64,000 bases of DNA from Octopus sinensis (taxonomy: Eukaryota): contig NC_043011.1 in NCBI RefSeq assembly GCF_006345805.1, positions 22,394,464 to 22,458,463 on the forward strand. The letters are read 5' to 3'. Below, in pieces: positions 11,921 through 22,099 of this stretch (position 1 is its first letter; every line of letters begins with the position of its first letter). The notes beneath the pieces were generated by a model. It saw nothing but the letters and a program-made list of their open reading frames with translations. It had not been told where the DNA came from and did no database searches. The translations under genes and the position numbers were made by a program.

Positions 11921-13507
11921 CCGGGTGTGTAAGGTATTTGAGGACATACCATTTTTTGCTAACTCTGTATAATCTTTGTTTCAGAAAATAATAATGGCAG
12001 ACCCTCAGCTTACTCAAAAAATGAAGAGGCATACTGTTATTGTGGCTATAAAGACTGAGCATAGTGATTTAGAAATATCTCGATTTTTAAAAGTTGCCAG
12101 ATCTTTCATCTGTGAAGTTTGTAAGGATCTAGAAACTGATGATGGAAACATCGCCAGTATCAAAGCATAAAATACATTCTAAAGGATCTGAAATCATCAG
12201 AACACCTGAATTTATCCAGCAAGCTCAACAGACCATTGATTACAATCTCAGAAAGTCCATGAGGTCAATTGCAAAAGATCTTCATGTGTCAGAAGGAACA
12301 GTCAGAAATGTTGGCCACAAAGACATCAGACATGTCTTATATGATGAGGAAAGGTCAATTTGTCAGAAAAAGCAAAAGAAAATCACCACATCTCTCTCTA
12401 TATAAACGGCAGTTTGTCTGTGCGTGTTTCTGTGTGTCTGTTTTCTTGTACCCTCACCCTGACCACGGCTTTCAACCGATTCTGATGAAACTTGACACAC
12501 ACATAGCCCAATGTCATAATTCAAAACTAACGCAGCGAAAATTTTGAAAAGTTCCCCCAGTTCTGAAAAAAATCGATAAATTCGACATGGAGTCGAGAAT
12601 CAGAAACACAAACAGCAAACTGTCTAGGGGACGCAACTCCACCTTTTTTAACTAAAAAAAAAATTTACCATAATTTTTTTTCCATCTTTTTGCTCTTTTT
12701 TGGCTATAACTCTCTAAAAATGCTTTATAGTTATTTCCCTTACAAACCTGAGCAACGCCGGGCGATACTGCTAGTCAGATCTAAAAGGCTCTAAACAAAT
12801 TGAAAAATCCAGCAGAAGATTTGATTTAGTTTTTCTCAAATGAGAAAAACTTTGACGAAGATCAAAAAGTTAACAGAAGAAATGACAGATGGTTATGTGC
12901 AGACCTTTCTGAAATTTCAAGTATGATGCATACAAAATTTCCTGCAACTGTCATGGTTTTAGAGGTTGTTAGCAATGAAGGGCATGTGATGCCTCCTTAC
13001 TTCTTTCCACAAGGCCTTAGATTTAAACTCTGCCACATACATTGAGGTCCTGGAAATACTTAAGCCCTGGATAGACAGTGTATGCAATTGAAGGCTATAT
13101 GTTTCAGTGAGACTCTGCACTATGACACATGGCTCTAGTAACACAGGAATGGATGGATGAAAATTTTCATGATCACATAATCCCTAACATTTGGCCTCCT
13201 AATTCCCCAGATCTCAATCCATTGGACTTTTTTACATGTGGAGCGTTGTTGAGAGAGAGGTGAATGAATATGGCCACAACACCAAAGATCCTTTGAAAGC
13301 TGCCATAGTCAGAATAATGTCCAAAATGAACCAGGACCACTTGATTCAAACATGTAGACGATTTAGATCTCATATAGAAGCAGTTGTCGAAGCTGAAAGT
13401 GGCTTTATTTTTATCTTCAAAGCATTTTTTGATAAATAAAGTTATCTGTTATTATATATATATATTTTATAAATATAAATGTGTCCTTAAATATCTTACA
13501 CACCCTG
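11921..13507 (+). mobile_element. Tc1/mariner superfamily DD37D (maT) transposon, decayed, with nested Helitron
   Basis: TIRs CCGGGTGTGTAAGGTATTTGAGGACA / TGTCCTTAAATATCTTACACACCCTG flanked by TA. Transposase relic includes SMRSIAKDLHVSEGTVR, FFSNEKNF and D-SAL*HMALVTQEWMDENFHDHIIPNIWPPNSPDLNPL-D (37 residues counted between the two Asp). Confidence 0.92.
12391..12774 (+). mobile_element. Non-autonomous Helitron
   Basis: 5' TC(TC)nTATATAAA, 3' hairpin CCTGAGCAACGCCGGG followed by CTAG, inserted between A and T with no TSD. The first ~200 bp match 56110-56300 in reverse. Confidence 0.9.
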
Positions 13508-13760
13508 TATATATATATATATATAATATATATAATAATATATTATATTATGTGAAATAGAAAGATGAATATCTTGTAGTAGATTAATCAAATTTACCGA
13601 TACCTTAGTAGCAAAAATCACAGCAGTAAACAGCACGGTTGGAGGTACAACCATCTGGCGTTGCAACCGTGCGTTGGTGCGGATAATTGAAATTAAAACA
13701 TTATTGGTGAATTGAAGAAATGGAGCTGAACGCAGATTGAACAGAAATCGTTTTATTTCA

Positions 13761-13839
13761 TTCTACACGTGTTTCGAAAGGCACAATTACCAAAATCTGA
13801 TTGAATAATGGGACCATATTGTGTCTTTCTCTTCAGAAG
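13761..13839 (-). ncRNA. Minimal type I hammerhead ribozyme motif (copy 1)
   Basis: Minus strand: CTGAAGA-GAAAGACACAA...TTGTGCCTTTC-GAAAC-ACGT-GTA^GAA. Confidence 0.75.
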
Positions 13840-14139
13840 AAAAGGGAAATCCGTTGGAAAAACAAAACAGAACAGAGGCGGAGCAAAAAACAAATCGAAC
13901 TGTGCTCCTAAGAGCCCATCATCATCTAATCCTTTGTCATCTCTCCCATGAGACTCCATCCAATGTCATTCTTCACCACTTTGTCCTACATCATCATGAG
14001 TCTCCCTCTTCCACAGTTTCCATCCACATTTAGCAATTGGACATCTTATACATATACAAAATATATATATATATATAAACATTATTGTGAATTGAAGAAT
14101 GGAGCTGAACGCAGATTGAACAGAAATCGTTTTATTTCA

Positions 14140-14215
14140 TTCTACACGTGTTTCGAAGGCACAATTACCAAAATCCGATTGAATAATGGACCATATGTGT
14201 CTTTCTCTTCAGGAA
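14140..14215 (-). ncRNA. Minimal type I hammerhead ribozyme motif (copy 2)
   Basis: TTC-CTGAAGA-stem II-GAAAC-ACGT-GTA^GAA on the minus strand; cleavage triplet 379 nt from copy 1. Confidence 0.75.
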
Positions 14216-14339
14216 GAAAAAAGGAAATCCGTTGGAAAAACAAAAACAGAACAGAGGCGGAGCAGGGCTCTTAGAGCACAGTTCGATTGTTTTTTGCTCC
14301 GCTCTGTTCTGTTTTTGTTTTTCCAACGGATTTCCTTTC

Positions 14340-14419
14340 TTCCTGAAGAGAAAGACACAATATGGTCCCATTATTCAATCGGATTTTGGTAATTTGTGCC
14401 TTTCGAAACACGTGTAGAA
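14340..14419 (+). ncRNA. Minimal type I hammerhead ribozyme motif (copy 3)
   Basis: TTC (stem I), CTGAAGA 14343-14349, stem II GAAAGACACAA/TTGTGCCTTTC, GAAA 14405-14408, palindromic CACGTG, GTA 14414-14416, GAA (stem I), then AATAAA. Confidence 0.8.
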
Positions 14420-14709
14420 TGAAATAAACGATTTCTTTCAATCTGCGTTCAGCTCCCTTTCTTCAATTCACCAATAGTTTTTATATATATATATATTATG
14501 TGAAATAGAAAGATGAATATCTTGTAGTAGATTAATCAAAATTTAACCGATACCTAGTAGCAAAAATCACAGCAGTAAACAGCACGGTTGGAGGTACAAC
14601 CATCTGGCGTTGCAACCGTGCGTTGGTGCGGATAATTGAAATTAAAACATTATTGGTGAATTGAAGAAATGGAGCTGAACGCAGATTGAACAGAAATCGT
14701 TTTATTTCA

Positions 14710-14788
14710 TTCTACACGTGTTTCGAAAGGCACAAATACCAAAATCTGATTGAATAATGGGACCATATTGTGTCTTTCTCTTCAGAAG
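14710..14788 (-). ncRNA. Minimal type I hammerhead ribozyme motif (copy 4)
   Basis: Same core as copy 1, in the duplicated block. Confidence 0.7.
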
Positions 14789-15097
14789 AAAAAGAAATCC
14801 GTTGGAAAAACAAAAACAGAACAGAGGCGGAGCAAAAAACAAATCGAACTGTGCTCCTAAGAGCCCATCAGTCATCTAAATCCTTTGTCATCTCTCCCAT
14901 GAGACTCAACATCCAATGTCATTCTTCACCACTTTGTCCTACATCATCATGAGTCTCCCTCTTCCACAGGTTCCATCCACATTTAGCAATTGGCACATCT
15001 TTATACATATACATAAATATATATATATATATAAAACATTATTGGTGAATTGAAGAAATGGAGCTGAACGCAGATTGAACATAAATCTTTTATTTCA

Positions 15098-15178
15098 TTC
15101 TACAACGTGTTTCGAAAGGCACAAATTACCAAAATCCGATTGAATAATGGACCATATTGTGTCCTTTCTCTTCAGAAG
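15098..15178 (-). ncRNA. Minimal type I hammerhead ribozyme motif (copy 5, small indels)
   Basis: CTGAAGA...GAAACACGTTGTAGAA on the minus strand. Confidence 0.65.
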
Positions 15179-15305
15179 AAAAAAGGAAATCCGTTGGAAA
15201 AACAAAAACAGAACCAGGCGGGCAGGGCTCTTAGGAGCACAGTTCGATTTGTTTTTTGCTCCGCCTCTGTTCTGTTTTTGTTTTTCAACGGATTTCCTTT
15301 TTTTC

Positions 15306-15385
15306 TTCCTGAAGAGAAAGACACAATATGGTCCCATTATTCAATCGGTTTTGGGTAATTTGTGCCTTTCGAAACACGTGTAGAA
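15306..15385 (+). ncRNA. Minimal type I hammerhead ribozyme motif (copy 6)
   Basis: TTC-CTGAAGA (15309-15315)...GAAA (15371-15374)-CACGT-GTA (15380-15382)-GAA. Confidence 0.8.
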
Positions 15386-15492
15386 TGAAATAAACGATTT
15401 CTGTTCAATCTGCGTTCAGCTCCCATTTCTTCAATTCACCAATAATGTTTTAATATTATAATATATATATATATATATTTATGTATATGTAT

Positions 15493-15655
15493 AAGAGTGC
15501 AATTGCTAATGTGGATGGAACCTGTGGAAGAGGGAGACTCATGATGATGTAGGACAAAGTGGTGAAGAATGACATTGGATGTTGAGTCTCATGGGAGAGA
15601 TGACAAAGGATTTAGATGACTGGCAACTTGCTATACTCAAGAAAACCCATCCATC
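15493..15655 (+). mobile_element. RTE LINE 3' fragment (segment C of the array, continuing into the flank)
   Basis: Translates, with lesions, as NVDGTCGRGRL..*DKVVKND...MTKDLDDWQLAILKKT, like the RTE C-terminus at 36985-37200. Confidence 0.7.
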
Positions 15656-16369
15656 TCAATACAAATGAGACCCTAAAAAGCATACAGTTTATGTATATGC
15701 CCCTAGCATGTCTCTTCTCTACAGCTCACCTTCCCCTTCATTCTTCTGACTATGGCACTATTCATTCAGCTGTTGTAACTATATGAATAATTTTGTATCT
15801 CACACTCTCAGTGTCATCCCCTACCATCTTATTTTCCTCTGAATGCACCCTGTTGTCTCTGCTCTTCCCCTGTACACCCATTCTTTCATTTTCCCAATGG
15901 TAGCCTCCCTCCCACTGCTTATGTCCCTGGCATTGTGCATATCTTGCATACTACTCACACTTCACATCATTTCTGCTGCCACCTATCCTCTCCCTGACCC
16001 AATCTTGTTTCTTTTACCTTTCCTCCTCCAAGCTATTATTCACAATTGACCACACACCTGCAAGCTGATATTCACAATTGACCATGCACCTCCATTTGTG
16101 TTCACCATTCACTTCTATCCAGTCGCCACTCTCCTTTTACACTGTCCAGTAGCTTTGAACCATCTCTTTATTATTTATTTTCATGTACCTGAGGGTATGT
16201 CCTGACACCTCTGCATCATCTTCTCTCCTTTTCTTACTGGAGTAGTCCTGTATCTCTTCTGCTGCAAAACACCTGTTTCTATCCTTCTATCATACTTTAA
16301 CCTCTCATCACCTGGCATAAAGCCACTTTGTTCAGTACTACAACACTTCATTTCCAATCATCTCTGACC

Positions 16370-16700
16370 ACAAGGAAATATTTACCTTGCTTGGAAACAA
16401 GTGAGGGTTGGCAACAAAAATGGCTTCTGGCTATAGAAAATCTTCCTTGATAAACTCTGTCTAACCCGTGCAAGCATGGGTTGGACAGTTTGACTGGAGC
16501 TGAAAAGGGTGGAGAGGGACAGAGGGCACACTATCTTTGTTGCCTGTTGTTTCTACAACTGGATGCCCTTCCTAATGCCAACCTCTTTAGGAAGTGTACT
16601 GGGTGCTTTTTATGTGAAACTAGTACTTTTAATATAGCACCAGGATGAATGCTTTTTATGTGGCACCAGCACTTTTAGCATGGCACCAGTATGAGTGCTT
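16370..16700. repeat. Two RTE-tail-type short repeats fused tail-to-tail
   Basis: A + copy ending AACCCGTGCAAGCATGG overlaps a - copy beginning GCATGGGTTGGACAGTTTGAC...GGATGCCCTTCCTAATGCCAACC. Confidence 0.6.
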
Positions 16701-17199
16701 TATATACATATATATAGTAATTGCACCCTTGCTGTAGTTTAAAGCATTTAGAAATCCCATGTTATGTTGATAACATTTTGTGAAATTGCACATTTTAAAT
16801 GTGTAGGTGGCGGTGGTGACCCATAATTAGTGTGTATGTGAGTTATAAGAAGTAGTAGTCCGATCTAATTTCAATTAAGTCCGTTGGACCTTTGGTAATA
16901 CTTTCAAACATTAATATGAGTATTAGATCCATTATTTTCTCACTGGCTTGCCTGTCTGTTTTAATGCTAAAAATCAACATCCTCATAATATAAAACATCT
17001 AAATATAGATACATATAAAATATCTAAATTTGATTTAAAAACTTTTTGGTTCTCTTTCAGTTATTTAATGAATTAATTTTAGCACAATGAGAAACTTCCT
17101 AAGCAAAATTTCCTCTTTAAAGGTCAATGTCATCAACTAACTTCGCATTTCTTCTATAAACAAAACTTGGTCCCGTGCCAATTGAAGAGAAAAAAAAGT

Positions 17200-20100
17200 T
17201 ATAATGATGAAAGAATCATCACTGCGAAAGGGTAAAATATTGAAGAATTAATAATAGTTAGAATTAGTCATACAATAGTAATAATGATGGGAATTCCAAA
17301 ATCTGAAGAAGTTTTCCAAAAAAATCGTTTAAATTTACGTCTGTATTACTCTTATATCCACTCGTTGTAGCAGTTCAAGAAAGTCTCATTTCTCAGTTCA
17401 TTCAAATTCGATGAGGTCACTTTGCATTATCTCACTTCAGGTTTTCTTGACCTACCTTCCCTATCGCCGTACACATTAGTTACCAAGTTCTATGAAAATT
17501 GAAATAATGTACTGCGTAGGAACCAAACCCGCTCATAGTAACAGGGTATCTCGCAGGAATATTACCTCAAAATTCCACCAAACATTTAATGCAATCAAGG
17601 AATATAAGTTAACTTAATGTAGAATAATAATATTTTTTTCCAATAGAATCCGTATTATATGACATGCACAAGTTGGCCCTGTTGTATAATGAAACAGTTG
17701 GAGAATCTGGCTTGTCGCTATAGAATATCAATCAATGTGACCCACTTGGAATTAGTTGGAACTCTTCCGGAATTTTCTGCAGACCATTATTTAACGGAAA
17801 AGACAGATGTCTAACTAAAAATAAAGTAATTAATTTACTCGTGTGTTACGTGCATGTATTTGATTTTGCTGAAATAATTTCAAAAATGTGTTTTTTTATG
17901 ATTAAGATATTAAAAACACGCAAGAAACATTTTCCATGTCAACATATTGAACCGTCTGCTTTGATTGGGACAATTTTTTTTTTTTACACACGTGACACGA
18001 AATATTGACGAAACCGAGGTACGATGTAGTAAAGAGTGTCAATTGTCAACAAAATAGACCCACTCAATATTATCCATATATTCTGAAAAATCATCGACAA
18101 AATTCTTAAAAATTAAACTTTTGCGCACACGGTCTGTTGTGTAGGAAGATATACTTGTTATGTATTTCAATATTCCAGATTTCCTTATTCACTATGGTTA
18201 TTCCGGGTTCGTGTTGGCCGGCGAGTCACACGTAACCGGGTTGAAGAGGAGACGGTCCTAGCCTGACGGAAGTCAGCGTAGGAATAAAACTAGATGGAAG
18301 CGAGGCGGTAGTAGCAGCAGCAGGAAGAAGCCGGCATTCGTTGCCAGTTTTTACTGAAACTCTCCTTCACATTGGAGAAGTCGCCTGCTATTATTGTCGC
18401 TCAACACTACGTCTGACAGTAGGAAAATCTAAGAAGGTTTGTTTTTCTGCATATCTCTGCCCTTTCTCCAAATCTCTTAGAATTATCCAAAGGACCTTGA
18501 AGACTTTGTTGTGTGTGTGTGTATATATATATTATATATAATGGTAACTCTATAATCGACTGACGGGACATTACAGTAGAATTTGTTTGAGTGTGTGTTA
18601 TTTCATAATTAAATCGGAATATTATTAGTTTAAGATTAAATATTCAATTGTTAGGGACTTGCATCGCTGCATTTATTTCATTTACAAAAGTAATTGAAGA
18701 TGCACCTTGATAACTGTTCCTTCGTTTTGGCAACTCCTTTCTCAACCCCCCCCCCGCCAACTCTTTTTCAGTCGCTCATTGCTGGCCATTGTTGTCATTC
18801 CTAGTTTCACCTGTTGACTTCAGTCCAGCACTCCTTCACAGAAATAGGCACGTCATTGGTTATTTTGTAACCTTCAGTTATGTTTTACAACAAATCGGTT
18901 CTCTTCGCACATAGAACAATATCCTAGAAAGACTGTGTTGTTAGAGATGACCTCTCAGAAGGGAGAATAACTAGAATGCAATGCTAAGGAAATGGACAAA
19001 TGCCTGACTGCCTGTCCTCCTCCCGTCTTTGAAGAATTCATTGTCCTCCGTCAGAATGTTATATTTTACTTTGATTCCATTGTTTCATTCGACTTTTTTT
19101 CTTCTTTCATCTCTCCCCACTTCTTATCTAATACAATCTATATTTTGAATACAAACTATTGATTTGCTTTAGTTTTTGTGATAATTAAGCGGTGCTTCAA
19201 GCTAAACTGTTCATGTAGATAGTTCTAATGTGGATATTTTATGAATGATGTTTTATCCGTCTGCTATATGGTGGTTTTCAAGTTACAAACATTATAACAT
19301 ATAAGTTATTGGAAATGTTAAAGTTTTGTGTGTGTGCTGGTTATTGATTTATAAAATATATAAATTGGCTTTTCTCCCCTCGGAATTCACTGAGCCAAAT
19401 CTAATTGAAGTTGTTACGAGTGATAATATTTTAAATAGGTGTCGCATGTGGAGGAATTGTTCATTCAGAGTTAAAAGAAAGAGTTCCCATTGTAAAAGAT
19501 CCCATTCATTTCACAACGACCAACTCCTGCTACTTTTGGAACTTTATATCATCAAGATAGTGCATGTTTTCTCTTCGGAAATCCGAGCAGCTGTTTACTC
19601 TTTACAAGACTCAGTGGAGTACTGCTTTTATCGTATGGCATCTATTTCTAGCATTGGTATGCAAGAATATATGTAAAATGTTTGATCGATAACATCTTTG
19701 ATTCTTAATCCATCTAAATGCTTTGTTTCCTGAATCCCGTGTCACTGCATTACTTTATAACAGACTCGTCAGAATTATCGAATTGTACCTTCACTTTTCC
19801 TCTTCTCAGTACTTGTACTGCTTCTTTTTCCGCATTTCATATCAGTCATTATATACAGAGTCCTTTCTTCCCATGACTGCTGCTATGTAGAACTCCTTAC
19901 TCTCCTTCCATAAATATAATCAGTCCTATAATAAGCCAGCACTCAATTGTTTAAGATTCGAATCAACGATATCTATTTCTTACTTCTTTCTGATATCACG
20001 GGTCCCCTGTAGGCTACGCAATAAACCAATGTTCTTTCATGCTACAAAAATATAAATATCTGGCACTGAAATATGTTTACTGATAACTTTTTTTCTCTAG

Positions 20101-20700
20101 ACAAAATTTTACTTTCTTTGACAAGCCTTTTATTTATCACTATATGAAGAACAAGCCATTCCAGCCGCTACCATCGAATCCCCATCTCCGTCATAAAATA
20201 GCATTTATTTATTGTTTGTATGTGTTTCTGTGCTTGACATTTATAATTCTATATATTTACATTTACGTATTTTATTAGTCTTTGTAAAACGTGACAATAA
20301 ATTAAACGTAATTAAATCATGCAACTCATTGTTCTAGATCATTACCCGGGAAGTAGTATACTTTTTTTGCTCACACAGTAGCATGTTTACTTCCATATAA
20401 AAATTAGGTGTAAGGTTTCATTCCAGCTGTACTAAGATACTTATCATCGTAAAGAATTTATCTTCAGTGTTATTCGTTTCAAGCTTCTGTGCGCAGTACA
20501 GTGAAGTTCTGTGTCAGTTTTCAAAAATTAGAAGTTGTGATTTATGTTACTTGTGTTCGTAATTGTTTCGTCTCTAATTTCTTTTTATAAATATGTATTA
20601 TGAATGTTTATTGTAAACAAAGCTTTCTATACACACACGCGCGCGCAAAATCAATACGAATATAGCGTTGAAAATAAATACAGACTTTTAGATATGAAAA
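17200..20700. promoter_or_regulatory. CpG-retaining, repeat-poor promoter / first-intron region
   Basis: Visibly more CG dinucleotides than the flanks and almost no TE insertions. E-box CACGTGAC near 17990, ETS-type CGGAAGT near 18268, TTCCGG motifs near 17765 and 18201. Confidence 0.6.
18190..18436 (+). other. Probable non-coding first exon (5' UTR), likely of the DPP8/9 gene
   Basis: GC-rich stretch ending in donor AAG|GTTTGT at 18437; contains a short uORF (ATGGAAGCGAGGCGGTAG). The start and the link to DPP8/9 are inferred. Confidence 0.5.
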
Positions 20701-20834
20701 TAATTACACGACTAGTTGTCGAAAAACGTATGGAGCAATGATGATGGCTTAGGTTTGGAGGGGTCCCACAGCATCTCGTCACTTGTTGCTGCCCTTCATC
20801 TTGCACACCCCCAACAGATGTAACTTTGATGTTC

Positions 20835-21005
20835 GTGTGTGTGTAAGTATGTTAGGAAGTTTGCTTCTCAACTATATGGTTTTGGATTCAGTCCCACTGC
20901 GTGTCACCTCTGATGTCTTCTATAGCCCTGGGCCGACCAAAAGCATGTGAGTGGTTTCGGTTGATGGCAACTGGAAAAGCCCATCGTTTGTGTGTCTGTG
21001 TCTCC
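20835..21005 (+). mobile_element. Family A SINE head
   Basis: GGATTCAGTCCCACTGCGTGTCACC...GGCCGACCAAAAGCATGTGAGTGG. Confidence 0.7.
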
Positions 21006-22099
21006 TTGTCTTGACCGCATGATAGTTGGAAACGTCACTATCATACAAATGATGTCATTCATTTCCAATCTTTTTTGGAAACTCGTCTAGCAAGGGGAAA
21101 ATGTTAGTTTGCTCTGCCCTCTCTCTCTCTATATATATAAACATATGATTTAACATCTATTTTCCATACTAGTATGGGTTGGATAGTTTGACAGGATTGA
21201 ATGAGTTGGAGGACTGTGTTATGCTCTAATGCCTTTTTTGGCATGTTTTCCACAGCTAAATACCTTTCCTAATGCCAACTACTTTACAGTATACTGGGTG
21301 CTGTTTTTATGGTACCAGCACTAGTGAGGTCACCTTCCCACTTACATGACGAAAAGCCTAAAAGGGCTTCTATAACTGAAGGAGAATAGAAAAGAGGGTA
21401 AATAATAATGTGGGGAACAGATTTATAGTTAAAAGCTTGTGGTAGTGGAGATATTATTGGGAAGGAAGTATGGAAGGGACTGGAGAAAAGATGAGGATTA
21501 ATGTCAGGAGTTAGAAAGTCAGGGACAGCATGGGAAGAGTAATGAGGTAGGTTATGTGGTGGGGTCCAAGGATATTCCACATAAGAGTATGGATGGAAAG
21601 TGAGGGAAAAGGAACGTGGGATGTGGTCATGGGAGTAGGCCAGGGAGGGAGGGTTGAAAGGGTGTTAAGAATGAAACTGTGGGGAGAGGAGAGTAAAGAG
21701 AAAACAAGGCAGTGGGTGAGAATAAAAAGAGCAGTGAGTGAAAGAGAGTACCATAGCTAGTGGGAAAAGAGGGTAGGGAGTACCCTAGATGTTAGGGGAA
21801 GAGCAGAGAAAGCCTTAAAGAGAAGTTGATGAGATAAAGGGAAAGAGGGTGGTAGATAAATGCAGTGAGAGAAAGAAAGGCTGGAGAATAACCTATGGGA
21901 GGAGGGAATAGAGAGTGAATAAAATGAAATAAGGAGAGTTTGGAAGGAGAAGAGTGCCATAAATGTTGGAAGGAGCAGAGGAAGAAAGCAGTGAAAGAAT
22001 CTCTGGCAGGAGTGGGTTGCTAAGGAGCGGAGTCAGTGAAAGTATCCCAGGCAGGGAGGCTGAGGAGAGAGGTCAGTGGAAGAACAGTGTGTGAATGTT

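Larger units (their letters stand above)
13545..15620. repeat. Tandem and inverted array of PLE-type pseudo-LTR repeats carrying hammerhead ribozymes
   Basis: Block A-B-C'-B-B' (about 13545-14480) is repeated at about 14495-15450 and followed by C. B is a ~220-bp unit with a hammerhead core and AATAAA; blocks are joined at (TA)n. Confidence 0.85.

Noticed and set aside
13697-15450. CRISPR-like or protein-coding interpretation of the repeated array and its many overlapping ORFs
   Set aside because: Units are about 220 bp, in both orientations, with no unique spacers or cas genes. The ORFs are frameshifted readings of one non-coding repeat.
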